Part shown: piece after piece, positions 1 through 11,933 of the stretch
Layout: each line of letters starts with the position of its first letter
How positions within the stretch are numbered: position 1 is the first letter of the stretch
Source of the DNA: Eukaryota sp. GEM-RC1
Taxonomy: Eukaryota
Direction: 5' to 3'
Assembly (NCBI GenBank): GCA_040285855.1
Contig: JAUFOQ010000001.1
Span: forward strand, 1,488,001 to 1,552,000
DNA: 64,000 nt
Notes under the pieces: model-generated
Database searches by the model: none
The model's input: the letters and a program-made list of their open reading frames with translations, nothing else
What the model was told of the DNA's origin: nothing
Made by a program: the position numbers and the translations under genes

Positions 1-340
1 TGTTAACCCATGTTCTTTTCATGTACATTGGACGTAAAACTTATATTAAATTTCCCTACATGAACCATTCAGTCATTTACTTACAATGAGAGCCCAATCA
101 ATATCTATTCACCACAACTCAAACATCTATCACATACTAGTCTTCATTCATTACTTTAGTGGTAGAACTCAGCGTACAAATCTACACAATATTAAGATAT
201 TAACTGGAAACAGATTACACTGAATTACAACCTGCAACTTGAATAGTTGTCATTAATTCAAAAGTTAATCAGAATCACTGCTTTAAATGACGAGAATTGC
301 CAACAATGACAATGTTATCAACTTTATTCAACAATTTCAA
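1..340. repeat. Duplicated 3' flank of SPRY-family genes (second copy ~6795-7135)
   Basis: TGTTAACCCATGTTCTTTTCATGTACATTGGACGTAAAACTTA at 1 recurs at ~6795, and colinear similarity continues into the SPRY stop codons at 324 and 7118. Confidence 0.9.
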
Positions 341-630
341 GTTCAAGATCACTACGATATAACATAGCAAATGCATAATAACTGCTACTACTTAATCTGG
401 AAAGAGTTCCAGTAAGATTAATTAAAGAATAACTCACAGATTTGACTGTTAAAGTGTAATTAACTAGATTTACACTGATTTCGAGTAACTCACCCGGATT
501 CCACTGAGTAGTGTTTCCTGAGAGACAACCATGAACGTGACCAACACCATTGAAAATACCGTGATCATTCTCATAACAATCATCAACACTAAACTTTGAC
601 TCGTCAACGACTCCAACAAAAAGACTATTC
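324..630 (-). pseudogene. Orphan 3' half of the SPRY-like cassette (no start, no internal stops)
   Basis: Manual translation gives NSLFVGVVDESKFSVDDCYENDHGIFNGVGHVHGCLSGNTTQWNPGELLEISVNLVNYTLTVKSVSYSLINLTGTLSRLSSSSYYAFAMLYRSDLELEIVE*. Homology stops at ~630, about 80 bp downstream of the stop of the complete gene at 710. Absent from the ORF track. Confidence 0.9.
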
Positions 631-709
631 TTATAACGGTACAGATAAATTAGAGCTAATTAGTCCAATTTGGGAAACCCATTGTTCTAAGTTCTTGAAG
701 TTATCAACT

Positions 710-2224
710 TTATTCAACGATTTCAAGTACATGATTACTGAGATATAAGGAAGCATATGGATAATAATTACCACTATTTAATCTGGGAAGAGTTCCAGTA
801 AGATTAATTGACGAATTACTCACGGATTTGTTTGTTAAGGTGTAATTAATTAGATCTACACTTATTTCGAGTAATTCACCAGGATTCCACTGAGTAGTTG
901 TTCCTGAGAGACAACCACGGATGGTACCTCCACTATTTGAACGACAGTGAGCATGCATTTCACAATCCCCAACTTTAAACTTTGACTCGTCAATGACTCC
1001 AACATAAAGATCCCAAGTAGTCCCCTGGTACCTCAACTTCCAAGTATACACATTACATGGAAGAAGTGGATCTTCTCCCAAGATATTTCTATACCCATTA
1101 CCACCACTTCCAACAACAACAACTCTCTTTCTATCCCCACTTACTTGTAACTGAGAATATTTCTTAGTTGGGGAGAATCTAATCACTTTTGATTGAGGAT
1201 CTGATTGAGACACCAGTTGAGATTCTGCAGTTCAATTTCTTGTTGTAGTTTAGTAATTTCATTAGACTTCGTAGTAGTTAAATTCTGGTTTTCAATTGTT
1301 AAACTAGAAACTTGCATGGATAAAGCAGAATTTGTTGTTTTTAAAGTATGCTTTTCCGTTGTTAAATCAGTAGTAAGTGAATTTAACTTAGAATTGTTAC
1401 TTACAACATCAATAATTTTGGTGGTTAATTCTGATACTTCTTCCTTCAAATCAGAAACTTCCTTAACCAACGAGTCAAAATAAAGATTCTTAACTCTTGT
1501 AAACAAAAACTTCATCAAATCGGCTTCTAATTCTTCAACATCTTTTAAAGGAACAAACAGAAACTCATCCCATTGTTGAAATGAAAAGATTCAATTGAAC
1601 AAGAATTTAGAATATTTAAAAACTCATTCAAATCGAAACTTTGATTTAATATTGATTCCACCATTGACTTGATGAACCACGATTGTGATTCAGTGGAAAT
1701 ACAGTATTTTACAAGCGTTTTAAAACCTTCAGTAGTGATTGCCATCACGTCATCAATCACCAGGTCATCAATCTTTGAAAGGACAGGACCAGCGAATTCC
1801 AGAGCTCTCAAGTCATTTCTTTCATTTGCTTCTTTTATGAATGGTTTTAACCACGTCCAGGTAACAAGATGAGTGTATAGGTGGTTTTCAACGTGATCAA
1901 TGAGTTTGTCCACTTGGAAGTAGTGGACGAGGTAGAAGAATTCGTAAGCATTGTTCGCATCGAGAGTGAAAGATCGTTCATAGAAGGACTTGATGAAGAG
2001 CAAGAAGTTGTCAGAACTGACGGGAAGATGTGAGAAGTCGATGGGATTCTCAAGCTTGTCCCAAACTCCAAGAACCAGAGGGATCGGAAGTAAGTGGAAT
2101 GAGCTGCTAGTACGAACTTATTGACTTCAATGGATTCTTCCCCAAATGAAATAGTGTGGTTAGAGAGGAAGGGTTCATCAAGAATAATGGAAAGAGTTTC
2201 TATTGAGGGTAGAGAGAATGACAT
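710..2224 (-). CDS. BTB/POZ-coiled-coil-SPRY protein, copy A (split by 3 frameshifts; pseudogene or sequencing error)
   Basis: ORFs 1847-2266, 1545-2003, 1183-1518 and 710-1213 join into one paralog of 45334-46886. BTB signature VNKFVLAAHSTYFRSLW...YFQVDKL, heptad coil, SPRY-like YTWKLRY...LYVGV...YYPYASL. Shifts lie at a G-run (~2060), a T-run (~1585) and a deletion at ~1230. Confidence 0.85.
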
Positions 2225-2306
2225 GGACGCAACTAAAAAAAATTGACTTGAGAATGTACTCCTCAACGAGGAGTCCTCATAGTTTTCGACATGAGTAGGT
2301 ACAAGT

Positions 2307-3199
2307 TAGGATTGTAATTTTGAGTCAAGCTGACTCATTGAGCTTTGAGTCAGTCAGCTCGAGTCAGGCTCATTTGACTCATGAGTCGAGTCAAGCCTGT
2401 ATCTTTGTCCGTGAGTCAGCTCGAGTCAGGCTCATTTGACTCATGAGTCGAGTCAAGCCTATATCTTTGTCCGTGAGTCAGCTCGAGTCAGGCTCATTTG
2501 ACTCATGAGTCGAGTCAAGCCTATGTTTCTGTCTGTGAGTCAGCTCTACTCAAGTTTACTCTAATGAATATAATTTAGTACAATTTAAACATATTCTATT
2601 ACAATCACGTGTACATGGAATTAGTAGCAGTTCTCTGTATAAATTCATTTGCATGTTGATGTGCGGGATGAGCTGACAGCTTACTTATCAACAGGCATAG
2701 TCGATGCTGTGGTGGATCCCCTAGATTGGTGGAAACGCTACCAATCAGATTATCCTAGCTCAGCTTGCTCAGCTCGCGACTACTAAAGCATTCAGCCAAG
2801 TTCAGCAGCAATTGAACGTTTGTTCTCTGCTGCAAACCAAATTGTAACAAAGAAAAGGGCTAGACTATCTGCAATACTGCAAGGTGTTTATTGTGTTTAC
2901 ACTCGTGGTACGGAATAGGTGTATTAAATTCAGATCAGTAGAAAACAGTAGAGATTTGTGTTATGTTATAAAGTACAATAGAAAAGAGCATTGAAAATGA
3001 GTCAGTTCGAGTCAGGCTCGGTTGACTCATGAGTCAAGTCAAGTCAAAGGTAGTCAAGATGAGTCAGCTCGAGTCAGGCTTGGTTGACTCATGAGTCAAG
3101 TCAAGTCAAAGGTAGTCAAGATGAGTCAGCTCGAGTCAGGCTTGGTTGACTCATGAGTCAAGTCAAGCTTCAAATTGTAGGCTCATTTTAACAACCCTA
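2307..3199 (+). mobile_element. Non-autonomous hAT deletion derivative with subterminal tandem repeats
   Basis: 8-bp TSD GTACAAGT (2299-2306, 3200-3207). Imperfect TIRs TAGGATTGTAATTTTGAG and TAGGGTTGTTAAAATGAG. ~60-bp and ~62-bp GAGTCA-rich repeats at both ends. Internal hAT dimerisation-domain remnant DPLDWWKRYQSDYP...ARDY*SIQPSSAAIERLFS (~2715-2870). Confidence 0.92.
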
Positions 3200-3245
3200 G
3201 TACAAGTAGAGATGGAAATTGACTTGAAATATCACACATTATGTC

Positions 3246-4227
3246 TTGCATTACAAATGTCCATGGTGTGAACTCAGCATGTTGCTGTACTACCAACAGA
3301 TGAAGACTATTCAGTTCCATAACATCGCTACTGGTTTTATGGACACTCTAACTCAAAAACCAGAGACTTACCAACGTCTCCTTGACTGCAGATATCTTCT
3401 TCTTGAAGTAGGGGCGTCGCTATTACCAGTTGATAGTCAAGGCAATACTCCTTTGCATTACGCGACTGAAAGAAAAGACCAGACTACCATTTTCATGTTT
3501 CTATCATTTGGAGCAGATCCAACAGCTCAGAATAAGTTCAAAAGACTCCATTAATGACGTGTCCTGAATCGTTCTTAGAGTCACTTCCTATTTGGAGGTC
3601 AGAAATGGAATCTCAAATCTCCCTCACTAGTTCTCTACTTCATTCACCTTCTTCTTCTGTATTAGAGTTGTTACACAAGTCTTTTACTGGTAAACTTATC
3701 TTAGAAAAGATGAGATAATGTTTGAGAAACTTTTAGTAGAAGAACCTTCTGGGTCGCTCTCAATGCTATATCAAAAGCTAGCTGCGTTCTATTTATTAGT
3801 ATTAGATTATCTAAAAATTAAGAAAACTCCTAAAACTGGTCCTTTCTATGCTACCAGAATTCATGATCGTCCAGCACTTTCCCTTCCCATTCTAGTTCAT
3901 TCTCATGCTGTTCCTTTCCTCACGTCAGCTGATTCGTTCGTTGACTTCAATGCTAAGAAGAATACGTTTCACGTTGATCATGTTGAGTTTTCTAATTCTG
4001 GTGATGGTGATGCTATTGTTAATATTGTATTACCTCAGTTATGTTCTAATTATTTACTGGAAGTAGAACCCTTGTCTTTTGTTTTAAAACCAAAACAATC
4101 TATTGAAGTTCGAATGAGTATTAAAATGAGAAAGTGTGGGGTTTTGAAGGAAGTTTTGTATGTTGACGTTAGGAATGGAATGAGAATGTGTCTGCCTTTG
4201 AGGATAGTTTGTAAGCCTCAGGATTAA
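3246..4227 (+). pseudogene. Fragmented ankyrin-repeat protein with possible C-terminal Ig-like (MSP/ASH-type) region
   Basis: Ankyrin motif DSQGNTPLHYA...FLSFGADPTAQNK. The downstream ORF 3718-4227 is beta-rich (VEPLSFVLKPKQSIEVRMSI). The reading frame is broken between the two ORFs. Confidence 0.6.
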
Positions 4228-5817
4228 GTTTTCAAATATTGTATAATTTTATTTCGATGATGGTCTTTTTGTATCATTATGTAATTTATTTCATAGTATT
4301 CTGTATTATTTTTAAACGATTAAGTATTTACAATATTTTCATTTTTTTTAAGTACTCTTGTTTTTGATAGTTGTGATCATCATTTGTTGTTTAATTCAGT
4401 ATACATAAATACATCGACTTAAACCAGTAATCTTGAACCGGTGAACTTAAAGTTTAATCAGTTTTTTAAGGATTTGAATATGTTTCATGACAATTTGTAC
4501 TCTAAATGTGAGATGTATACACCGCAGCAGTACATGTAATTAGTCCCACTTCAAAATCAGTCACAATCAGACTGTTTACTTGTGTATCTTCCATATTGTT
4601 GACCAAACATATTTGCAGTGAACGACATCTAAGCGGTGTTCGAAACGTTGTGAACACGTGTGGGTACGTGTTTCACACATGTCTTTTGTTTTTGGACACG
4701 TGTGCACCTTTTGATGACTCAAGGATTGTTCAGTTTCTGAAAACAATTTGTTAGAGATTGGTGTAACAAAACAGCGTCTTACTCTTGGACATTGGATTGA
4801 TTAAACAGAGGAACTTTGTTTTAAATATCAACGCACTTTTGAATTAGTACAACGATATTTACTGACTATCATATATGAATTTACTTTCTTCCATGTAGTC
4901 TCAATTTTATTGGTTATCAGATCTCTCAATATCAGGATTGTATGTGGAGACGATGCCAATTTGAAATGAGAGGAGAATAAAATATGGAAAAGATTGAAGT
5001 ACGTGCTCGTTGTGCACGCCGCGTTCGTACGTGTCTGTTTTTTGAATTACTAGTGTGTTTTCGATCACTGCTTTTGGGGATGAAAAGAACTTCTTAGAAA
5101 CAGATACATGGTGAACAGTTAGAAAAGGAATTGAAGGGTACGTTTCTCAATGAGAAGTGAGTTAAGGAATACCAAGAGACTTGAAACCCTCTTTAAAGCT
5201 ATTTGTACTGTTTTGTTGAGCAAGAGACGTGGTCTTTAATAAAGTGTACTGCAGTTTTACGGTTTCTTCATGAAGAAACACTTCCTCCCTGCTATACAAT
5301 GTACGTACATGTAGTTTTATTTCTAACAGTATCAAATTGAATAATCACTTACTACAATGAAAGTTCCAATCACAAAAGATTTACCCAAAACAGAAATAGA
5401 CGCACTATAATAATCTCCGAGCTAGTACGAAATTTATTTCATTAATTTAAAGTTAGTGGTGGTCGAGTCAATCAAATTGTTTATGACAAGAGAGTTTTTG
5501 ATCATAAGAGAATTTATAACAGCTAAATTCTGAGTATCCGTTGTCAAACTACAAATCTTCATGAATAAATCAGAGTTGCATGTTTTTCAATGAGTATTTG
5601 TTGCTTTTACATCACGAGTTTCAGTTGGTATAGAGGAATTCTGCATAATGAAGGTGCTGAGTAAGTTTTTTTATGGTGGTGATAGATCTGAACTACATAT
5701 TGATTTAAGAATCGTTTACTGACAGGTCCCCAAGTGAGAAACTTGAAAAGATAAGAAGGAAAGACCTAAGAGTTGGAAAAGACGTTGTGTGACGCTGTCA
5801 CACTGATGGTCGAAAAC

Positions 5818-6190
5818 CAGGACCTGGAAAAATTGAATTGACAATGTAATTATTTGAATACATTGGTATGAAACATTGATTAATTCAACTTAAAACATTG
5901 AAACATTGGCCAATTAGCATTTGCAAAAGATCCCGTTTGACTCAAGGCCACAAAAGGCAATACCGAATTGCAGCTGATGTAGATAATCGTGTTAACATGT
6001 CCTTTATGAATTAAGTGAATATCATTTGAGATTTCCCTGTTCTAATACTAGTAGTAGTGGCAATACTTGAAACATTGGATCAATATCAAACATTGGAAAC
6101 ATTGATTGGTTCAATTTGAGAGATTGGAATTGGCATTGGTTAAATACCAATCATTGACTTTGTCAATCAATTCAATTTTTCCAGGCTTTG
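5818..6190. mobile_element. MITE (373 bp)
   Basis: Inverted ends share CCTGGAAAAATTGAATTGA. Flanked by near-identical direct repeats GTCGAAAAC (5809-5817) and GTGGAAAAC (6191-6199). Internal AAACATTG repeats. Confidence 0.8.
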
Positions 6191-7117
6191 GTGGAAAACT
6201 AGAATATTTTTAAGAGTAAGTTACCGTTACTCGAACAAACATAAACTTCATCTTCGTGACTCAAAGCAAAGTTCTTTAAACAAGGTATGATCAAGTTGTA
6301 ACCTAATTGTGGCTTCGTTGTTTTGGTAAATGAGGTATTTAGTATTTCACAGGTGCAAATTTGGTACTTATGACCAGCCATACATCAAGAAACCATATTT
6401 AGGTTTGAACGAAATACAGAAAATACAACTACAGTTTTCAGAACAAATAAACATCACATAAAAAACAAGAATAACATAAAATTCAAGAAACAATAAATTT
6501 CTAAATGAAGTCTGCATATTGATGAAAGTGCCAAAAATACATATCAAAATAGAAGCTATCAAACACTAGACACAGATTATTTCTGGTCAACACTACCACA
6601 ATATATTTTACTTCACATATACAATTTGTAATTGGTATCAGCAATATTCTAATGAAATTGACTTTTCAATAAAACCATGAAAGTATTTCATGGTATATAT
6701 GCTAATTACGTTTAGTTTCAGTGATAGCTCATTAAGCCAAAGTGATTCCTTGGTAACCTTGTTACCCTTCATTCCTGGGTTAATGCCAGGAAGTGTTAAC
6801 CCATGTTCTTTTCATGTACATTGGACGTAAAACTTACATTAAATTTTCATACATCAATCAGGTACAGTCCTTTACTTACTATGAGAGGCCACTTAATATC
6901 TATTCACAACAATTCAAACATCTAGAACATACAAGTCTTCATTGATTATTTTAGTGGTAAAACTCAGCGTACAAAGCTACACAAAAATAAGAGATTACTG
7001 AAACAGATTATACTGAAATACAACCTGCAACTTCCAATAGTTGTCATTAATTCATAAATTAATTTGAATCACTGCTTTAAATGAGAAGACTTGCCCACAA
7101 TGACAATGTTATCAACT

Positions 7118-8653
7118 TTATTCAACGATTTCAAGTTCATGATCACTATCATACAATAAAGCAAATGGATAATAATTACCACTACTTAATCTGGGAAGAG
7201 TTCCAGTAAGATTAATTGAAGAATTACTCACGGATTTGATTGTTAAAGTGTAATTAATTAGATCTACACTTATTTCGAGTAATTCACCAGGATTCCATTG
7301 AGTAGTACTTCCTGAGAGACAACCATGAACGAGGGCACCACCATTGAAAGTACCGTGACCATTCTCATAACACTCACCATCAACACTAAACTCTGACTCG
7401 TCAATGACTCCAACAAAAGAGCACCAGTAAACCCCTGGTACCTAAACTTCCAAGTATAAACATTACCTGGAAGAAGTGGATCTTCTCCCAAGATATTTCT
7501 ATACTCACCATTACCACCACTTCCAACAACAACTCTCTTTCTATCTCCACTAACTTGTAACTGAGGATGTTTCCTAGTTTGAGAGAATCTAATCATTTTT
7601 GATTGAGGAACTGATTGAGATACCAGTTGAGTTTCTACAGCTGTCTTTTTTAAGTTGTTCAATTTCTTGATTTAGTTTAGCAATTTCGTTAGACTTTGTA
7701 GTAGTTAAATTTTGAATATCAGTTGTTAAATCAGAAATATTTGCCTTCAAATCATGATTTTCCGTTGTTAAATCAATAGTAAGTGTGTTTAACTCAGAAT
7801 TGTTGCTTTCTAAATTCGAATTTTTGGTTGTTAATTCAGAATTTTGAATGTTCAAATCAGATACTTCTTCTTTTAATTCAGAAACCTCCTTCACCAAAGA
7901 ATCAAAATAAAGATTCTTAACTCTTGTAAACAAGAACTTCATCAAATCGGCTTCCAATTCTTCCACATCTTTTAAAGGAACAAACAGATACTCATCCCAT
8001 TGTAGAAAAGAAAAGGATTCAATTGAGCAAGAATTTAGAATATTTAAAAATTCATTCAAATCGAAACTTTGATTCAAAATTGATTCCACTATTGATTTAA
8101 TAAACCACAACTGTGATTGAGTGGAAGTGCAATATTTTACAAGCGTTTTAAATCCTTCAGTACTGATTGCCATCACATCATCAATCAACAGGTCATCAAT
8201 CTCAGAAAAGAAAGGACCAATGAATTCTAGAGCTCTCAAATCATTTCTGTCATTTGCTTCTTTAATGAATGGTTTTAACCAAGCCCAAATCACTAGATGA
8301 GTGTTCAGGTGGTTTTCCACGTGGTCAATGAGTATGTCCACTTGGAAGTAGTGGACGAGGTAAAAGAAGTGGTAGGCGTTGCTCTCGTCGAGTGTGAATG
8401 ATTTGCCGAAGAAGGACTTGATGAAAAGAAAGAAGTTGTTGGAACTCACGGGAAGATGGGAGAAGTCGATGGGGTTCTCAAGCTTGTCCCCGAACTCCAG
8501 GAACCAGAGGGATCGGAAGTAATTTGAGTGGGCAGCAAGGACAGATTTGTTTACTTCGATGGATTCCCCGCCGAATGAAATGGTTTGGTTACATAGAGAG
8601 GCTTCATCGAGGATGATGGAAAGAGTCGCTGCTGGGGGAAGGGAGAATGACAT
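7118..8653 (-). CDS. BTB/POZ-coiled-coil-SPRY protein, copy B (2 frameshifts)
   Basis: ORF 7589-8755 (likely start MSFSLPP at 8653), ORF 7270-7662, and a terminal frame ending ...YYPFALLYDSDHELEIVE* at 7118. Shifts at an A-run (~7648) and a T-run (~7416) of the coding strand. Confidence 0.88.
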
Positions 8654-8689
8654 TAGAAGCAATATCAAAGAAGATAAGTAAAGGAGACC

Positions 8690-9200
8690 AATGTTCTTGT
8701 GGACTTTTAACAAAACTACATGTCTAATCCTGAACCTCCATTGAAGAGTAGTCATTCATTTGATGATAATGTATCTCTTACTAGCAGTTAAGTGTTCAAT
8801 GTTTCCTCCTCTTCTAGTACCTCCTCCCCGCAACCTAACTCTGATACACTATCTGTCTGCTTCTTTCTCATTGTTTACGTGTTCTTTTTAAGTACGTACG
8901 TTTTCAGCAGTCTTTATTGTCCTCGTTCAATCCTTGTTTGTGCTCTAAATCTCCTGTCTCAACATCCATCCTGGAGATCATGCATTGCTATTGAGATGTA
9001 TTCCGTTTCGTCATTTGGAAGCAATGTTTATAGTCCTTCTTTAAAATAGTTATCTTTGTGGCACACAGTTTCTTTAATCTCCCCATCAATCAGTCAACGT
9101 GTATCTTCAATCAAACACGATTCATGTGTTACATTAAAACCTTCCTCAACTACATTCATTTGCTCAATTCTTTGTAGTAGATGTACAGTCTATTTTCTAG
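8690..9200. repeat. Dispersed repeat upstream of BTB-SPRY genes (also ~46930-47400 and ~50227-50580)
   Basis: The block AATGTTCTTGTGG...AACAAAACTACATGTCTAATCCTGAACCTCCA...GAAGAGTAGTCATTCATTTGATGATAATGTA...CCTAACTCTGATACACT occurs three times. It looks like a decayed neighbouring gene co-duplicated with the family. Confidence 0.85.
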
Positions 9201-10236
9201 CACGTGATTCGAGAATTGAATTCAAGCAGAGTAATCACAGTGTATTCAGGAACAAATTTTTATTTTTCGTTCTAATTATTTTTTGTTTTTCATGGGTATC
9301 TATATCTATCATAATTCTGCTATCAGAACCACGATAATGAAAGTAAGTTTCGTCATTGGTTTTCACGTAAATCCACTAGTAAGTTATTTCAAATTTCTTC
9401 CTCACCACCAAACATTCCTTTATCAATGACCAAAGCTGTATTCTAGGGGTTTTATAAGTTCATATGTCAGCTTAATTAAATTGATGACCTCAACATTACA
9501 TATGTTCCGATACGTGTACTTGATTAATGTATACTAAACCCTTCTGTATTTCATGTGACAAACCATTGAATTAATAATGTAAGCCATGAACAAAGTAAAA
9601 TTTCATGTAGTTAACAAATAACGTACCGCAAAAATCAAAGTTTGAGAATCAAAACCGCTTACTTCATCATGATGTCCGAAGACAGAACAACAAACAAAGA
9701 AGGAAGGAAAGCCAGTTTATACATATAACTAAACGCTCTTGAACCAGCATCACGTCATCATAAGTAACTCTAAGAACTACCAACAACACTATTTCTTCCC
9801 ATTTCTTTGGAAGCTATACAGAGAACATAGTTGAACTCTGAAAGGAGGTTCAACAAATGCTTGGGACCTGGGTACGAGTCATTGGTAAGAGACAAGAAGT
9901 TTCAATCGCAATCCAAATGGACCTTCTAATGGCACTTAAAACAAGTACCATTAGCCAGATTGCGAGATATATCAGAAGAACGGGACTTCGTGCCAACTTG
10001 ACGAGATGAATCATTATCTTCGGCAGTAAGCCTGGGGAGACGTATTCCTAGAGGCTACTCTGGAACAAACAAGCAACTCATCCGTTACAATTTTTACCAA
10101 GGTAGAGAAGTCTGGGAAAACATCGTCGCGAATCCGAGCTATCAATGATTTCTGTCCATAGGAAGGATCTCCTTGGCAAATCATGAAAGCTGAGTCAGGC
10201 AACTTCTGTATCTAAGAAACTTTAAGGACTACTAAC

Positions 10237-10935
10237 CAGGGATGGGGTAGAATATATGGCCGTAATACGGACTCTGATTTTTACATTGCTGTAAATTATT
10301 CCGTACTTTTGAATATACGGTGAATATATTCCTTCCGTACATTTACTAAAAAATGGATGACAAATCTTTATTAAATGAATACAAACGACAACTATTAATC
10401 AATTATATGTACTTCTTGTTCTTCTACGACGGGTTTCAAAATCAAAGCTTTACGAATAACTTCTTCATCCCACAACTTTTCATTTGATCTGAGAAAGAGT
10501 TCCATTGCCAGTGTTTCAGGAGTTACCCTGTCTCTATTCGAACCCAAGCGGTGCTTAGCAATACTGAACAGACGTTCAACAACATCTGTTGTAGCATGAA
10601 TATACTCGAGATTCCTTCCAGTTTGGGTGGTAATCCTTAATGTGTGACATTAAATTAGTAAAACCCTTAGAAGAGATACATTTAACTCTACGATCACATA
10701 CATATTGTTTTTTGGAGTCAAATAAGAGGTCAGGTTGAGGATCTACTAGCGAGAAAAAGTGCTCAGATGCTTGTTTATTGGTAGGGGTGGGGGTACTCAT
10801 AGAAGAAGAAAAAACTAAGGAAAGTACGGAAAATATGTTCTGTCCGTACTCCCGTAACCAAGTGAGAAGCCGTACCGTAATTCCGTGTATTATACGGGAA
10901 TTATTTTCACTGGAATAATTTTTATCACATCCCTG
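10237..10935 (-). mobile_element. Ac/Ds-like hAT internal-deletion derivative
   Basis: 8-bp TSD CTACTAAC (10229-10236, 10936-10943). TIRs CAGGGATGGGGTA and CAGGGATGTGATA. The transposase N-terminus (BED-like ...KGFTNLMSHIKDYH) is joined directly to its C-terminus (IHATTDVVERLFSIAKHRL...LFLRSNEKLWD). Confidence 0.92.
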
Positions 10936-11430
10936 CTACTAACAGCAATCCATATCTAATTTCAAGTACACAAGATCAAGCTCGTACAACACAACATTGC
11001 TAGTCCATAGCTGCTTCATGTATGATTCTATCATGTCAAAGATGATTTTCCACATGGTTTCGCCAAGCATTTGAATTCTGTCCACTCGTAGTTGATTAAT
11101 CGTCGACTGTGTTGCATTTGAGATGCGTCTATTAAGTCTGCTTTTGGTTTATGGTAACAACTTTACTTAACCCAGCTGTACCGTGCATGGAAGTTACCGA
11201 TCTTTCTCTGATGTGGATCGGAAGAACAATGAATGAAGGTCAGCTATATATCATTCCACACGCGTGGTAAACATCTTCTTTGATAATAAATGTTCTTGGA
11301 GGCATTGACAATATCAGGCTCATTATCAGTGATTACACACTGAATTTTAAATTCATTAAGAGTGTCAATCACAAAACCATTTACTACTTTCACGCTATGT
11401 TGGTGAATTGGTTCTAAGTAAAGACAGTAG

Positions 11431-11933
11431 CTAACAGATGGCTTTCAACTGCAGCAAATTCTCCAAGCGTGCTTTTGCAATTTTGATAATATGCGATAAG
11501 CTTTCGCATGGTGTGAGTGGTGCAGAAAAGAAAAGGCTGAGATCTGAACTGACTGCAGCACATTTGAAAATTATGTCATGGTAAGATGACCAGTACTTGA
11601 ACAATAATTTGACAAATTGCACCACAAACTGCACCATAAATTCAAAACTTCTTGTGTAAAAGGACTCCACATCCAGGTTTTTGTTTGTATTATTCACATG
11701 TACTATTGTATCAACCAGTAAGATTAGGTTTCTATGAAGATTACCAGATTACCAGAAGTTGTTGATGGTACATACGAAAGAAGACACATAGTACACTGTT
11801 TTCGGCCATTTTTCAGTAGCGTAAAGTGAGGTTGAAGGTCTGGAGGAATTTTCCGAAGAGACTTTGACGAAGTAACAGACGCTGGAGGTGGTGTATCATC
11901 TGTTATTGTTACGATGTCTTGACGAGAGGGCAT
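11431..11933 (-). pseudogene. Decayed BED-zinc-finger DNA transposase (probably part of a larger remnant, ~9.6-12.35 kb)
   Basis: HFTLLKNGRKQCTMCLLSYVPSTTSGNL is a BED-finger-like motif. Downstream frames are broken. A hAT-like end TAGTGTTGC (minus strand) lies at ~12350, but I found no TSD. Confidence 0.5.

Noticed and set aside
324..1213. Diversity-generating retroelement (template/variable repeat pair)
   Set aside because: Some variable codons are NNY, but others are ATG, TTA, TTG or TGG. Loops carry indels, no copy has A at all variable sites, and the only RT-related sequences are truncated LINEs.
2320..3175. CRISPR or satellite interpretation of the 60/62-bp repeats
   Set aside because: The units are nearly identical tandem copies without unique spacers, bounded by hAT TIRs and an 8-bp TSD.
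4616..5070. Possible MITE with CAGTG/CGGTGTTCGAAA ends
   Set aside because: The inverted ends are weak and I found no matching TSD, so it is not called as a feature.
8654..8755. N-terminal extensions MTTLQW... on BTB ORFs (also 46887-47000)
   Set aside because: Copies A and C, which have a different upstream region, begin at MSFSLP. The extension is read-through of the duplicated upstream repeat.
8780..8860. Ubiquitin-like VRLRGG motif on the minus strand upstream of BTB genes
   Set aside because: No ubiquitin fold is recognisable upstream, the frame is not consistent among the three copies, and another frame reads equally well.
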